From: Octopus sinensis
Taxonomy: Eukaryota
Direction: 5' to 3'
Length of the DNA: 64,000 nucleotides
NCBI RefSeq assembly: GCF_006345805.1
Contig: NC_042998.1
Coordinates: 49,228,001 to 49,292,000, forward strand
The translations under genes and the position numbers were made by a program. The notes under the pieces were generated by a model. That model did no database searches, had not been told where the DNA came from, and was given only the letters and a program-made list of their open reading frames with translations. Below, one piece after another: positions 1 through 11,614 of this stretch. Position 1 is the stretch's first letter; each line of letters starts with the position of its first letter.

Positions 1-120
1 CCCACCCCCTTAAGCCATTCCCTCATGAGGATTTAAACATAGCACTGTAAGCCAATTAAATATTTGCCAAATCAGATACTAAAATAATTACTTAACTAGA
101 TATGAAAAAAGTGTAATTGA

Positions 121-351
121 TTAAATCAACTCAAAACTATTACTATTAATTATTTTATTCACTCTGGAGCGGATAGAAGACAGAGATGGTCCAGATATGA
201 CGCACCACCAGTGAGATAAATTAGTATTTAACTTAGAAAAACTCCAGATTGATCGGAGTAAGCAAATTAAATCATGTAAAGAAGACATCGATGACATAAA
301 TGAAGTGAAATTACTGTAGTTGGGATTCAAAATTATATCAGATTCAGTTTC
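121..351 (-). CDS. Candidate terminal coding exon of an unidentified gene (ETESDIILNPNYSNF...NSFELI*)
   Basis: On the minus strand a cctttcag acceptor precedes base 351. A 77-codon phase-0 frame then runs to TAA at 121-123 in non-repetitive sequence. No homolog recognised. Confidence 0.35.
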   Translation of the reverse strand, partial: ETESDIILNPNYSNFTSFMSSMSSLHDLICLLRSIWSFSKLNTNLSHWWCVISGPSLSSIRSRVNKIINSNSFELI

Positions 352-481
352 CTGAAAGGTGGTGTTTTGTTTTGTCTTAATAATACAAATAATTTCAGTT
401 TTAGATAAGTTTTAAAATGGAAAAACAAAAGGAAATTACAAAACATTTATGACCTCCCTAAGAGTAATAGTGACATAACTA

Positions 482-1722
482 TTAGGTTGTTCTGAAAATA
501 ATGGCCGCTTTAAGTTTTGTGTTTTGAAACGCAATTTTATCATAGTATTTTAATTATATTTGAGGTGAATTTCAACGTACTTAATATTTGATGTATGCTC
601 TTTAAAAATTTTCTAGTTATTTCAGACAGAAAACACTTTTGAAACAAAAACGCCCTTAATTATGAACATGGCAAAAAAGGACCTTTGCTTACTTTTCTTG
701 CATGAGTTCAAGCTTGGGTACAATGCCTCCCAAACTGCTGCCAATATCAACAGAGCATGGGGAGAGGGGTCCACAAGTGATCACACAGTATGAAGGTGGT
801 TTCAGAAATTTTGTAATGGTGATGAGAGCCTTGAAGATGAAGAAGGTAGAGGACAGTCATGCAGTCTTGACAATGAACAGTTGAAAGCAATTGCTGAACA
901 AAACCCACATCAAAGTGTGAAAGAAATGTTTCAGGCACTTGGTGTCGGTATTGCAATGGTCTCATGCAATCTGCAGAAGGTTGGTAAGGTGAAAAAGCTC
1001 AATAAATGGGTACCGCATGAGCTCAAAGAATATCAAAATGTTCAGCGTTTTGAACTGTGTCAATGCGCTTTCTGCGAAACACCAATAATCCTTTTCTTGA
1101 CCGAATAGTCACTAGTAACAGAAAGTTAATCTTTTATGATAACCGTAAGTGATCCACAAAACATTTCCCAAAGCCAAAGTTGCATCAGCAAAAGATTATG
1201 GTAACTGTCTGGTGGTCTGCAATTGATGTTGTCTATTACAACTTTCTGGAAGCCAATTACAGCAGAAGTTTACTGCAATCAACTCACTGAAATACATGCT
1301 CACTTGCAAAAAATGAGACCTGCATTGGTGAATCAGCATGGTCCAATTCTGCTTCACAATAATGCAAAGCCACATGTAAGAATGACGCTGCAGAAACTCA
1401 CAGACTTGGGATACAAGACTACCACATCCTCCATATTCTCCTGATCTTTCACCTACTGACTACCATTTTTTAAAGCATTTAAACACTTTTAAGTGATAAA
1501 ACTTTCAGGTCCAAACCAGAGGTGGAATCAGCTTTTAAAGATTTCTTAGCATCAACACCAATAAGTTTTTATCAACGAGGCATAAATGATCTCGTTGATC
1601 GATGGCAGAGATGCATAGATGTTCATGATTCATACTTTGACTAATCAAAACATTTCTATTATTAATTTTTCCAGAATAAAATTATGTTTCTGAAATCGGC
1701 CATCATTTTCAGAACAACCTAG
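482..1722 (+). mobile_element. Full-length but decayed Tc1/mariner (mariner-type) transposon
   Basis: ~30-bp TIRs: TTAGGTTGTTCTGAAAATAATGGCCG at 482, and the reverse complement ending at 1722. TA at 480-481 and 1723-1724. Broken transposase with WVPHEL, HNNAKPH (canonical HDNARPH) and SPDLSPTDYHFF motifs; several stops and frameshifts. Confidence 0.9.
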
Positions 1723-3054
1723 TAATACAGTTTTTAACTGAAATCTAAAGTGATTCATTCGCACAATTCAAAGTGTTGTCCACATAGGAGAAATGTTCCC
1801 ACATATGTGATGTCTATATAGCTGCTGCTACATACAGACATCTTGGACTACATCAAGAGGAAGGTCATCAAGTAACTGGCATAAAAGCACTTGCAGACAT
1901 CCTACAGACAAGCTGCCTCATATCTTTTGCCTTTTCCACTGCTACAATAATAGCCTGTTTCTTGGAGTTGGCAAGTTTTGAACCTCCTCCTAGGCACGTC
2001 CAACTCATCTCTCCACCTCTTATTAACCATGTTATGTCCACTCACCCAGAGAGCCCACACTGATCACTATACCTGGTACCTCTTTCCCAGAACATTACTA
2101 CCTGAAATCTTTTCTTTGGTCTCATGTCTTTCCTGCAGGTGTCAACTTGTAGCATTTTAAAACTGAATGGTATTAACCTCACTAGTCTCAGTGGACATGC
2201 AATGGCCATGATTACTGCCCTTCCTACTGACCCAGCAAGTACAAAAAAACAAAGGACCAAAATGCACATGAAGGAATTATAGTCAATTGATCTTTATCCC
2301 AATACATGACTGATAAAAGAAAATTAAACTGAATTCAACATTATTAACTCAACAAACACTGTATTTTCCAGCATACAAGTCAAATTTTTTGGACCTAAAT
2401 TTACAGTCAAAAACAGGTCCGAATACCAAAAATATCATATGGAATGCAGTAGGATTTGGAAAGGGACGAAGTTTGAATGTTTACACCACATACTACTATC
2501 AACTCGTGTATCAGAAAATATGGTAAATATGATTTTAAAATGATATGAAAAATAATAGTGTAATATGTTGTATACAGAACTAAACTGTAGTGTCAGTAAA
2601 AGATACATGAGATGGAAATAAAGAAGAAAAAAGCTTGAAAGTTTTAAAAAAATGAAGATGATGTTTATGATGTGAGATTGAATTTCCTTCTTTCAGTAAG
2701 AAATGTAGGTCTTGGAAATCAAATTGCCAATTATTACCATTTCTGATATGACAGACAAATTAGTTGTATAGATAATTATAGAGTAGGTCACTCTTTTGAA
2801 GAGTAAAAATATAGACTGACAAGAAAGAACATGTGAAACTAGAGGTATTAAGGTTTGTATGCATAAGTATAGAGCATCATAAAACTAATTACATAGAAGG
2901 TAATTACTGCATTTTATGACATAAAAGACTCACGGGCATATAAAATGCACCCCAATTTCAGCTACAGACATTCAGTAGAAAAATTTTTAATGCATTACAG
3001 CATATAATATTTAAAGCAATTTAGCAGTACTTTACAAGACATTACAAAAGTGAA

Positions 3055-3375
3055 GGTACATGGCTTAGTGATTATGACATTTGGCTCACAATCACGAGGC
3101 TGTGAGTTCAATACCCAGTAGTGCATTGTGTCCTTGAGCAAGCCACTTTATTTCATATTGCTCCAATGCACACAGCTGGCAAAAATGAGTAGTACTTGTA
3201 ATTCAAAGGGCTGGCCCTTTCACATTGAGTGTGACACTGAATTTCTTACAAAACTACATTATGGGTACATGAATCTGTGGCATGCTCAGCCATTTGCACA
3301 TTAATTCCATGAGCAGGCTGTTCTGTTGATTGGATCAACTGGAACACTCGTCACCATAACAGATGGAGTGCCAGT
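3055..3375 (+). mobile_element. tRNA-derived SINE (third family), degraded copy
   Basis: A-box-like TGGCTTAGTG and B-box-like GAGTTCAATAC. The body resembles the copies at 39940-40253 and 57850-58170. Confidence 0.6.
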
Positions 3376-4290
3376 TAAGTTACAAATGTACTTTAGTTAC
3401 AGTGGAAAACTATATATATAAAGTAAATAATGCTGAACATAAAGTAAGCAATCATGAAAGTGCAAATATCCTACAACATAAGTTATATTAATAATTCTTT
3501 TTAATTTTTGGCACAAGGCCAGCAGTTTTGAATGGATGGGGGAAGCCAATGACATCGATACCAGTGTGCAACTGGTATTTATTTTATCAATTCTGAAAGA
3601 ATGAAAGGCAAAGTCAACCCTGGCAGCATTTGACAATTAGTAATATTCATGTAAAAATTATTATGAAGTCAGGCTACATAGAAGAGACTATAGTAGTGAA
3701 CATCAGTACAAGATATGCTAATGGGAGGCCCCAACTTCATCATCCTGAGTCCTATAGGGACAAGGATAGTTTTTGAGATAATGTTTTTTGGCAGGGGGTG
3801 CACCTTATATGCCATCAAATACAATAAACAGTATCTTTTATCTTTTACTTATTTCAATCATTAGACTGCAGCCATGTTGGGGCACTGCCTTGAATTTTTT
3901 TTTTAATCAAATGAATCAACCGCAGTACTTGTTTTTAAACCTGGTACTTATTCTATTGGTCTCCTTTGCCGAACCGCTAAGTTATAGGGAGGCAAACACA
4001 CCAACACCAGTTGTCGAGCAGTGGTGGAGGGACGCACACACACACACATATAGACTTCTTTCAGTTTCTGTCAACCAAATCCACTCATAAGGCTTTGGTC
4101 AGCCCAAGACTGTAATAACAGACACTTGCTCAAAGATTCACATAATGGGACTGAACCCAGAACCATATGGTTAGGAAGCAAGATTCTTACCATACAGCCA
4201 TGCCTTTCCTGTTGAATGAGCAATGCCCCAAAATTTGTCACATCAATTAAAACAAGAATATATAAATATAGCAGCACATGTAAACTTTAC

Positions 4291-4377
4291 CTCTTGGGAA
4301 TGAGATAAATAGATTACAATAACTGGGTACTATACTGAGGCTGTCCAGTTTAAGGGTATTTAGACCAGTAGTCATAT
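4291..4377 (-). CDS. Candidate 87-nt internal exon (phase 1-1; DMTTGLNTLKLDSLSIVPSYCNLFISFPR)
   Basis: cctgtcttttag acceptor and GTAAAG donor with an open frame between them. Its phase does not join directly to the other two candidate exons. Confidence 0.25.
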
Positions 4378-5119
4378 CTAAAAGACAGGAGATGAGGCCA
4401 ACTCTGAACTGCTTGGCACAAGAATTTTTTTTTACAGTTAATAAAGGGTAGTTTAAACCAAAACTCTTCATACAATGCATTTGAAATAACAATCACATAT
4501 TCTGAATCAAGTAGATAATAATAGCTATCATACAAGCAATTGGGAAAAGAATGAACTTAAATGAAATACAGGGTACAGGGATAGAGTGCCACTGATATCC
4601 TCTTCCTAATGAGAAGATCAGAGTACACTCATGCCTTCTTCCTACAGGAGACTGTTTTGGCTAAGAACAAGTCACTATATTTTGTATTTACTTTTGATTG
4701 TTTTGTAGTTGTACTGAAAACTAGGTGCAAATTAATGGCTTGTGAGAGCCATGCAAGCTATTCCCATTTAGCATGCTTGGCTCTGTTCTCAAGCTTCTCC
4801 AAGCCATAACAAGAGTTTAAGAGTCTGTGAGAATTCCTAAACACTGATGGTCTGGTCCTCATAACTAAAACTTTCCAATTCCTAATGTGGAAGCAAAATG
4901 CAGAATTGAGAGATTTAAAAAGACAAAAAGCAACTGGGAAGAAGCCATACTTGATATGCAAAATGAAAAAGAGTAGAAAGGGCTTCCATGCCGTATACCC
5001 AATGTAATCTATGAATGAACAAGAGCTATAGTTGGATGTTAAGCAGGCTAACAAAGAAGGAAGACTTCATATGTAAGCAGATGCACAGGAATAGTTAGTA
5101 ATAAGAGCACCTATGAAAG

Positions 5120-5720
5120 AAATTTGTTCAAATACTTGGCAGGCTCCCTGGAGGTGGTTGATAGCTTCTGTTACCTAGGTGACCTAATTAACAGTGGGGG
5201 TGGGTATTATGAAAATGTAGCAGCCATAGTAAAATCAAGAGTGAAAACATTCAGGGAGCTATTACTTTTGCTGGGAACAAAATATTGGGACATAAGCACT
5301 GAATGCAGAAAGAGTGTGAAAGCTGGAATGATATGAAGAAAGCATGCACCAATGGATATGTAATGTTAGTGTCCACTAACGATGGAACATATATAGGCTG
5401 AAATGAAAGCTAGATACAAGAGGAATCAGCTGTAGTGGGCGCAAGGGAGAAGATTGTACAAGTACAGGCTCATGATGCATTTGAAAGATGACAGTTGGGT
5501 AAAGAAATGTCACATGACCATCCACATGGAAAAAAGTTTGGAAAAGAAGCACCAAAAAAAATATGGGAAGAGGTGGTGAAGGCTAATCTTGAGAGGTTCA
5601 TCTTCATAAAGGAGATAACGAAGAAAATAATGAGATGTTGCTGTGATGAAGAAAACCTGTCCAACCTAAGCAAACATGGGTAAATGAACTTAAAATGCTA
5701 CAACTGCTGCTGATGATGAT
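5120..5720 (+). mobile_element. RTE-clade LINE remnant (C-terminal ORF2 and GAT-repeat tail)
   Basis: LEVVDSFCYLGDLINSGGG...FRELL motif typical of the RTE region after RT. Ends in (GAT)n-like repeats. Confidence 0.6.
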
Positions 5721-5752
5721 GATAATGACAGTAATGATGATGGTGACATTAA

Positions 5753-5969
5753 CACTTTAGCATTCGAATGACTGTCAAATGTAATGCTTATTTATTCACA
5801 TGCATTATCTGGTAGCTTTGAGATTTTGAAGATGTGATTGTTTATTTTTAGAATGACATTGTAAGGTGTGTGTGTGTATGAGAGAGAGAAAGAGGCTGGA
5901 TCTTGCCAGTTTGGACATAAAACCAGAAGAATGTTGGGGCCTGATATGGCCAGTTTAAATGCTAAAGGG
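5753..5969. mobile_element. piggyBac-type MITE
   Basis: TTAA on both sides (5749-5752, 5970-5973). TIRs CACTTTAGCATT / AATGCTAAAGGG. A related copy lies at 50022-50211. Confidence 0.65.
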
Positions 5970-6261
5970 TTAATGATGATTTGAGTTAAATTTGAACTGA
6001 CTTTCTAAGGAGTTGTAATTGGAAAAAGTAGGTAGCAAAGATATGAGCAATAAGACAAAACTGAAATTTGCACCAAATCATGTGAATACAGAAAATAAAA
6101 AGAAGTGTAACATTATGAATGGATAACGACTATGAGAATCTTGTGATATAAGAGAAATACTTAGTGAAAATCAACTATGAAATAAGAAATAACTGGTAAA
6201 CTCCTAAATAATTCAGTAGAGAGAATAATGTAAAAGTTGTTATGAAATAACTTATACCTAG

Positions 6262-6665
6262 CTCTTTACTCTTTTACTCTTTTACTTGTTTCAGTCATTT
6301 GACTGCGGCCATGCTGGAGCACCGCCTTTAGTCGAGCAAATCGACCCCGAGACTTATTCTTTTTAAGCCCAGTACTTATTCTATCGGTCTCTTTTTGCCG
6401 AACCGCTAAGAGACGGGGACGTAAACACACCAGCATCGGTTGTCAAGCAATGCTAGGGGGACAAACACAGACACACAAACATATATATATATATACATAT
6501 ATACGACAGGCTTCTTTCAGTTTCCGTCTACCAAATCCACTCACAAGGCATTGGTCGGCCCTGGGCTATAGCAGAAGACACTTGCCCAAGATGCCACGCA
6601 GTGGGACTGAACCCGGAACCATGTGGTTGGTTAGCAAGCTACTTACCACACAGCCACTCCTGCAC
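6262..6665 (-). mobile_element. tRNA-derived SINE, resembling octopus OR-type (CORE-like) SINEs
   Basis: Head GGAGTGGCTGTGTGGTAAG...GGTTCAGTCCC, a CORE-like TTGGGCAAGTGTCTT block, an internal microsatellite and a (GAGTAAAA)n tail. Many further copies, e.g. 17820-18233, 43550-44030, 45770-46130, 49630-49900, 50430-50670, 62520-62910. Confidence 0.75.
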
Positions 6666-7309
6666 CTGAGTATTTCATATACAAAATTTACCAAAACCAT
6701 TCTACTTCATCATCATCATCATTTAGCAACTGCTTTCCATGCTGGCATGGGTTAGACAGTTTGAGTGAAACTGGTAAGCTGGAGGGCTGCACCAGGTTCC
6801 AAACTGATTTGGCATTGTTTCCATGGCTGGATACCCTTCCTAATGCCAACCACTCCAAGAGTGCTGTTGGTGCCTTTTATATGTCACTGGCACGGGTGTC
6901 AGCTACGTGATACCAGCATCAACAACGACTATGATTTCACTTGGCATGATAGGTCTTCTCAAACACGGCTTATCATCAAATGCCTCAGTCACTTGTCATT
7001 GCCTCTGTGAGGCCCAACATTTGAAAAGTGCTTCTTGTGTGACACCAGCACTGATGCCATTTATGTGACCCACGCCAGTGGCACATAAAAAGCACCCTTT
7101 GAATGCTGGGCCTCATGGAAGCAAGGTAATAAATACCTATTTCTTACCTAACAGAAAATATATAATTGAAATTTCTGTTGTAATTTAATTGCATCCAATG
7201 ATGCAGCATGTGGGACTTTTTGAATGGCACCCCTAACAAAAGATTGGTGCTACATTAGCATGCACTCTACTGAAGTATCAGTAGTATACACTGTGAAATG
7301 ACTTGATCT

Positions 7310-7386
7310 GGGTTAAGATTAGGGTTAGGGGTTAAGGTTAGAGTTTTAGGTTAAGCGTGAACGTTAAGGGTTAGGATTTAGGGTTA
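7310..7386 (+). repeat. Degenerate TTAGGG-like interstitial repeat
   Basis: GGGTTAAGATTAGGGTTAGGGGTTAAGGTTAGAG...GGTTAGGATTTAGGGTTAA. Confidence 0.55.
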
Positions 7387-7434
7387 ATCTGCATGCTTAT
7401 GTGTAAATGGCCCGGTACACTGCAGGGGCTACAC

Positions 7435-8625
7435 ACAGAGGGGACAAACAAGGACAGACAAACAGATTAAGTTGATTATATCGATCCCAGTGCATAAGTG
7501 GTACTTATTTAATCGACCCCGAAAGGATGAAAGGCAAAGTCGACCTTGGCAGAATTTGAACTCAAAACATAGTGGCAGACGAAATACCACTAAGCATTTC
7601 GCCCGGCGTGCTATCGTTTCTTATTTCTTTATTGCCCACAAGGGGCTAAACAAAGTGGGGACAAACAAGGACAGATAAAGGGATTATGTCGATTACATCG
7701 ACCCAGTGTGTAACTGGTACTTAATTTATCAACCCTGAAAGGATGAAAGGCAAAGTCAACCTTGACCGAATTTGAACTCAGAACGTAGCGGCAGACCAAA
7801 TACCGCTAAGCATTTCACCCGGCGTGCTAATGTTTCTGCCAGCTCATCACCCTCACAGTTCCTGTCGACCAAATTCACTCACAAGGCATTGGTCAGCCCA
7901 GGGTTATAGTAGAAAACATTTGTCCAAGGTGCAACATGGTGGGACTGAACCCAAAATCACATAGCTGCAAAGCAAGCTTCTCAACCACAGAGCCATGCCT
8001 GTGCCTCTATCTAAACAAAAAAAAAAATCTCAAGGTGATCATAGATGGAGGACAGCTTAACAGAGGTCTGTTTGACCATGGCCTACTTTGAGCTGAACCC
8101 AATCAATGACAACAACTACTAAATCATAGAATAACATAGGCCACAAGCCATAGTTAGAACACTGATTATACAATAACATTCAAACCAAAACTGAGATGGT
8201 AGATAACTGAATATCTTATTTCTGTATTGACCACAAGGGGCTAAACATAGAGAGGACAAACAAAGACAGATAAACGGATTAAGTCGATTATATCAACCCC
8301 AGTGCGTAACTGGTACTTAATTTATCAACCCCGAAAGGATGAAAGGCAAAGTCGACCTCGGCGGAATTTGAACTCAGAACGCATCGGCAGACGAAATACC
8401 TATTTCTTTACTACCCACAAGAGGCTAAACACAGAGGGAACAAACAAAGACAGACAAACGGATTAAGTCAATTATATCGACCCCAGTGCGTAACTGGTAC
8501 TTATTTGATCAACCCCGAAAGAATGAAAGGCAAAGTCGACCTCAGTGGAATTTGAACTCAGAACGTATCGGCGGACGAAATACCGCTAAGCATTTTGCCC
8601 GGTGTGCTAACATTTCTGCCTGCTG
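7435..8625 (-). mobile_element. Cluster of four OK-like tRNA-derived SINE units arranged as two dimers (7435-7850, 8220-8625)
   Basis: Repeated GCCGAGGTCGACTTTGCCTTTCATCCTTTCGGGGTCGATAAATTAAGTACCAG central block (Meta-domain-like). Other copies at 12285-12475, 15360-15575, 16670-17065, 26748-26950, 48320-48700, 53048-53250, 57205-57440, 60020-60770. Confidence 0.75.
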
Positions 8626-9013
8626 GGTTTATGTGTCTACTTCATTGATTCCCATATTTCTCTGGTGCATTGCAACACTTGGGTCTACACCTTATCATAA
8701 ATAACCTATAATTCTATAATAATATTCAGAAGACTGGATCACACAATACACAGAGAATTTCCAAGACATAACAATAAATCCAATACTCATTATTTAGAGA
8801 TTTAGGGTTGTTTTCATTGAAAATGATACCTTCAGCAACCCAACTGAATGGGGAACAGTAGCAGTTCAAGGAATCATAGATATATTCACAACTGACCTTG
8901 AGCTGTTGTTACACTTTAGTGATTGATTACTTGTGTGAACGTGGCAGGTGGGTAAAATGAATACAGACATTACCTATCTGTACTTTTAATTTAAGACAAA
9001 AAGGGAATATTAC

Positions 9014-9235
9014 CTGAGAACAGGTCGATGACCAATTCCATCTGAGTGAAAAGATTGTTGAGGAAAGACAACTGGGAAATTAGATGTTACTACATCGACA
9101 CTTGTTCCATCAACACTTTCAGAACTCGACTGAGAACCAGCAGTCATCATCTCCAAAAATTCATCTTCTATACTGTCTTGAGTATTTTCTGATGAATCAG
9201 ATACAGATGAGATTTTGTCAGGAAGAGTATCCATC
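9014..9235 (-). CDS. Candidate first coding exon of an unidentified gene (MDTLPDKISSVSDSSENTQDSIEDEFLEMM...HRPVL)
   Basis: Long polypyrimidine tract with TTTAG acceptor at 9236-9237, ATG at 9234-9232, an acidic/Ser-rich open frame, and a CAG|GTAATA donor at 9013. Confidence 0.45.
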
Positions 9236-9469
9236 CTAAAAAAGAAGAAAAACAAAAAAAAAAGTTCTTTAGAAAATAACATAAATGAAACAAAACATTT
9301 AAAAAAATGTACAGAAATAAGTGTAAGCACCCATAAAAAATGTAACATCTTCCAAATTATATTTTTAGAGAATAGAATAGTGAAAGAGAATCTGTAAAAT
9401 ACTACTATTTCAATATAAATTAAGATATTAGATGATAAGGAACTGGGCTTTTGAGACTGGGTTTTCCTC

Positions 9470-11465
9470 TTTCTACACCATGCTGGCATGGGTTGCATGG
9501 TTTGACCAGAGCTGGTAAGCTGAAAGGCTGCACCAGACTCCAGTCTGATTTGGCATGGTTTTCTACGGCTGGGTGCCTTTCTTAACGCCAACCACTCCAA
9601 GAGTGTAATAGGTGCTTTTATGTGCCATCGGCATGTGTGCCATTTGCATGGCACTGGTATCTGCCATGACTGCAATTTTGCTCGGCTTGATTGTCTCAAG
9701 CACAATGTAATGCCAAAGGTCTCAGTCATTGCCTCCATGAGGCCCAACACTCAAAAGGAACTCAGCCACTTTGCCTCCATGGGGCATTCATCTCTCTTGA
9801 ACACCATATCTGATACCTAACTTTCCTCTCAAGATACTCTCTGAACTTTGCCCAGGCTATTCTTATTCTAGCAGCTATTCTCTTGGAGCATCCTCCTCTA
9901 CTGCTAACTTAGTCACCTAGATAATGGAAGGTATCGACAACTTCTAGCTTACCTAATTGGCAGTTGATGGAGTCTATTTTCTGCACATTTCCAGCGTTTA
10001 TTGTATCTGTGCATTTTCCACATACAAAAGCTACTTTCCCTGTTAACCTTCCTCTGATATTGCTGCACTTTTTATGTATCCAAAGCTTACACTGGGTGCA
10101 TCTTATGGAGTTTCTACCTACACCTTTTCTACAGATCAAACAGGGATGCTTGATCTGAAAGGATTTGCGATTTGTCTGCCTTCCTACTTACTAAGACTTT
10201 GGTTTTTGCTAGGTTAACTCTAAGGCTTTTTGATTCTAGACCTTGCTTCCATACCTGAAGCTTCTCTAATTCTGGTAGTGATTCAGCCATAAGAACGTCA
10301 TCAGTATAGAGGAGTTCCCAGGGGCAGCCTGTCTTAAATTCCTCTGTTACTGCCTAGAGGACTATGATGAACAAGAGGGGGCTGAGCACCAATCCTTGGT
10401 GGACCCCTACTCCTAACTGGAATTCTTCGCTGTACTCATTGCCAATCCTCACCTTACTAGTAGCATCCCTGAACATGGCTTGTACAGCTCTTACCAACCA
10501 CTAGTCTATCCCTAGTTTCTGCACTGACCACCAAATAATGGATCATGGGACCCTGTCAAAGGCTTTCTCCAAGTCAACAAAGGCCAAGTGCAGAGGTTTA
10601 TCTTTGGCCGGGTATTTCTCCTGCAGTTGTCTTATCATAAATACAGCATCAATGGTGCTTCTTCCTGGCACAAAACCAAACTGCATCTCAACTAGGCTAA
10701 CTCTCTCCTAATTAGTTAGGCTATGACTCTCTCTATAACTTTCATCAATTGATCCAACAATTTGATACCTCTGTAATTATTTCTATCTAAGGCATCAACT
10801 TTACTTTTCTAGCAGTTGACTATGGTGCTGCTATAATTCCTTCGTGGACCACCTGATTTACAATATGGGTGACTAGACCATAACCCACACCACCAGATAT
10901 TTTAAGCATCTTAGCAGTGGTTCCTGTTGAACCGGGGTCTTTCCCTGTCTTCATATCCTTAATTGTTTTATCTACCAAGGTACTGTTGTTTCGGGTAGCT
11001 GATCACCCAACTGGGTCAACATTTGGCAGACTCTCTTCCTCCCACTCATTCTCTACATTCAGCAGTCTTTCATAATGGCATTTCCAAACCTCTCTCTTTG
11101 CAGAATCATTAAATGCAAGTGCACCATCATCTGTGTGAACACATTTCTCTCCTATGATATCCTGATTTTCTCTCACACACTGTCTTGCAATACGAAACAA
11201 TTCAGTTCTTTGGTCCTCATGTCGCTGAACATAGGCAAACTACTATTTTTCTGCTTCTCCTTTGGCTAAATATGCCTGTCTCCTAGCTTCCCTCCTGGCT
11301 ATCTGATACAGTTCCCTGCTACCCCCACTCTTCCAGTCCTTCCAGGCCTGTTTCTTTGCTCTAATGGTGCTGTCTACAGCATCGTTCCAATACCACATTA
11401 CCCTAGGTCTGGTTGGGAATTCGCACCACCCACAGATTTGATCTGTGGCACTCAGCAAGCTGTCC
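9470..11465 (-). mobile_element. 5'-truncated, decayed RTE-clade LINE (RT domain, Cys-rich insert, 3' UTR)
   Basis: WWNDAVD-like motif (11243-11460), EWEEESLP, a QFGF-like segment, and WELLYTDD (YADD equivalent, ~10300). Followed by CRKGVGRNSIRCTQCKLWIHKKC and LEVVDTFHYLGD. The 3' UTR is shared with fragments at 6705-7120, 13080-13260, 17330-17510, 46400-46995, 48860-49200, 50680-51030, 61580-61880. Confidence 0.85.
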
Positions 11466-11570
11466 CAAACAGTAAACAGTAATTGGTGACAAGTAACTAT
11501 GTTATAATAGAATAAATAGTGCATGAGTTTAAATGACAAAAAGAAATAAATGACCATCCCCAAGTATAAC

Positions 11571-11614
<44 letters not shown>

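Noticed and set aside
482-1722. A domesticated or active mariner transposase
   Set aside because: Multiple stops and frameshifts, and two of the three catalytic Asp motifs are altered. The copy at 58430-59644 is also broken by stops.
2046-2101. Exon-like segment with TTTCAG acceptor and GTGAGT donor on the minus strand
   Set aside because: The surroundings (KRWRDELD...) look like a decayed RTE C-terminus, and the phase fits none of the other candidate exons.
7472-8704. Recurrent short ORFs (WYLFNRPRKDERQSRP..., MLGGQTQTHKH...) as a small-protein family
   Set aside because: They are antisense translations of high-copy SINEs.
8830-8892. Possible exon (CEYIYDSLNCYCSPFSWVAE) that would bridge the phases of the 9014 and 4377 exons
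   Set aside because: The acceptor lacks a polypyrimidine tract; too weak without RNA evidence.
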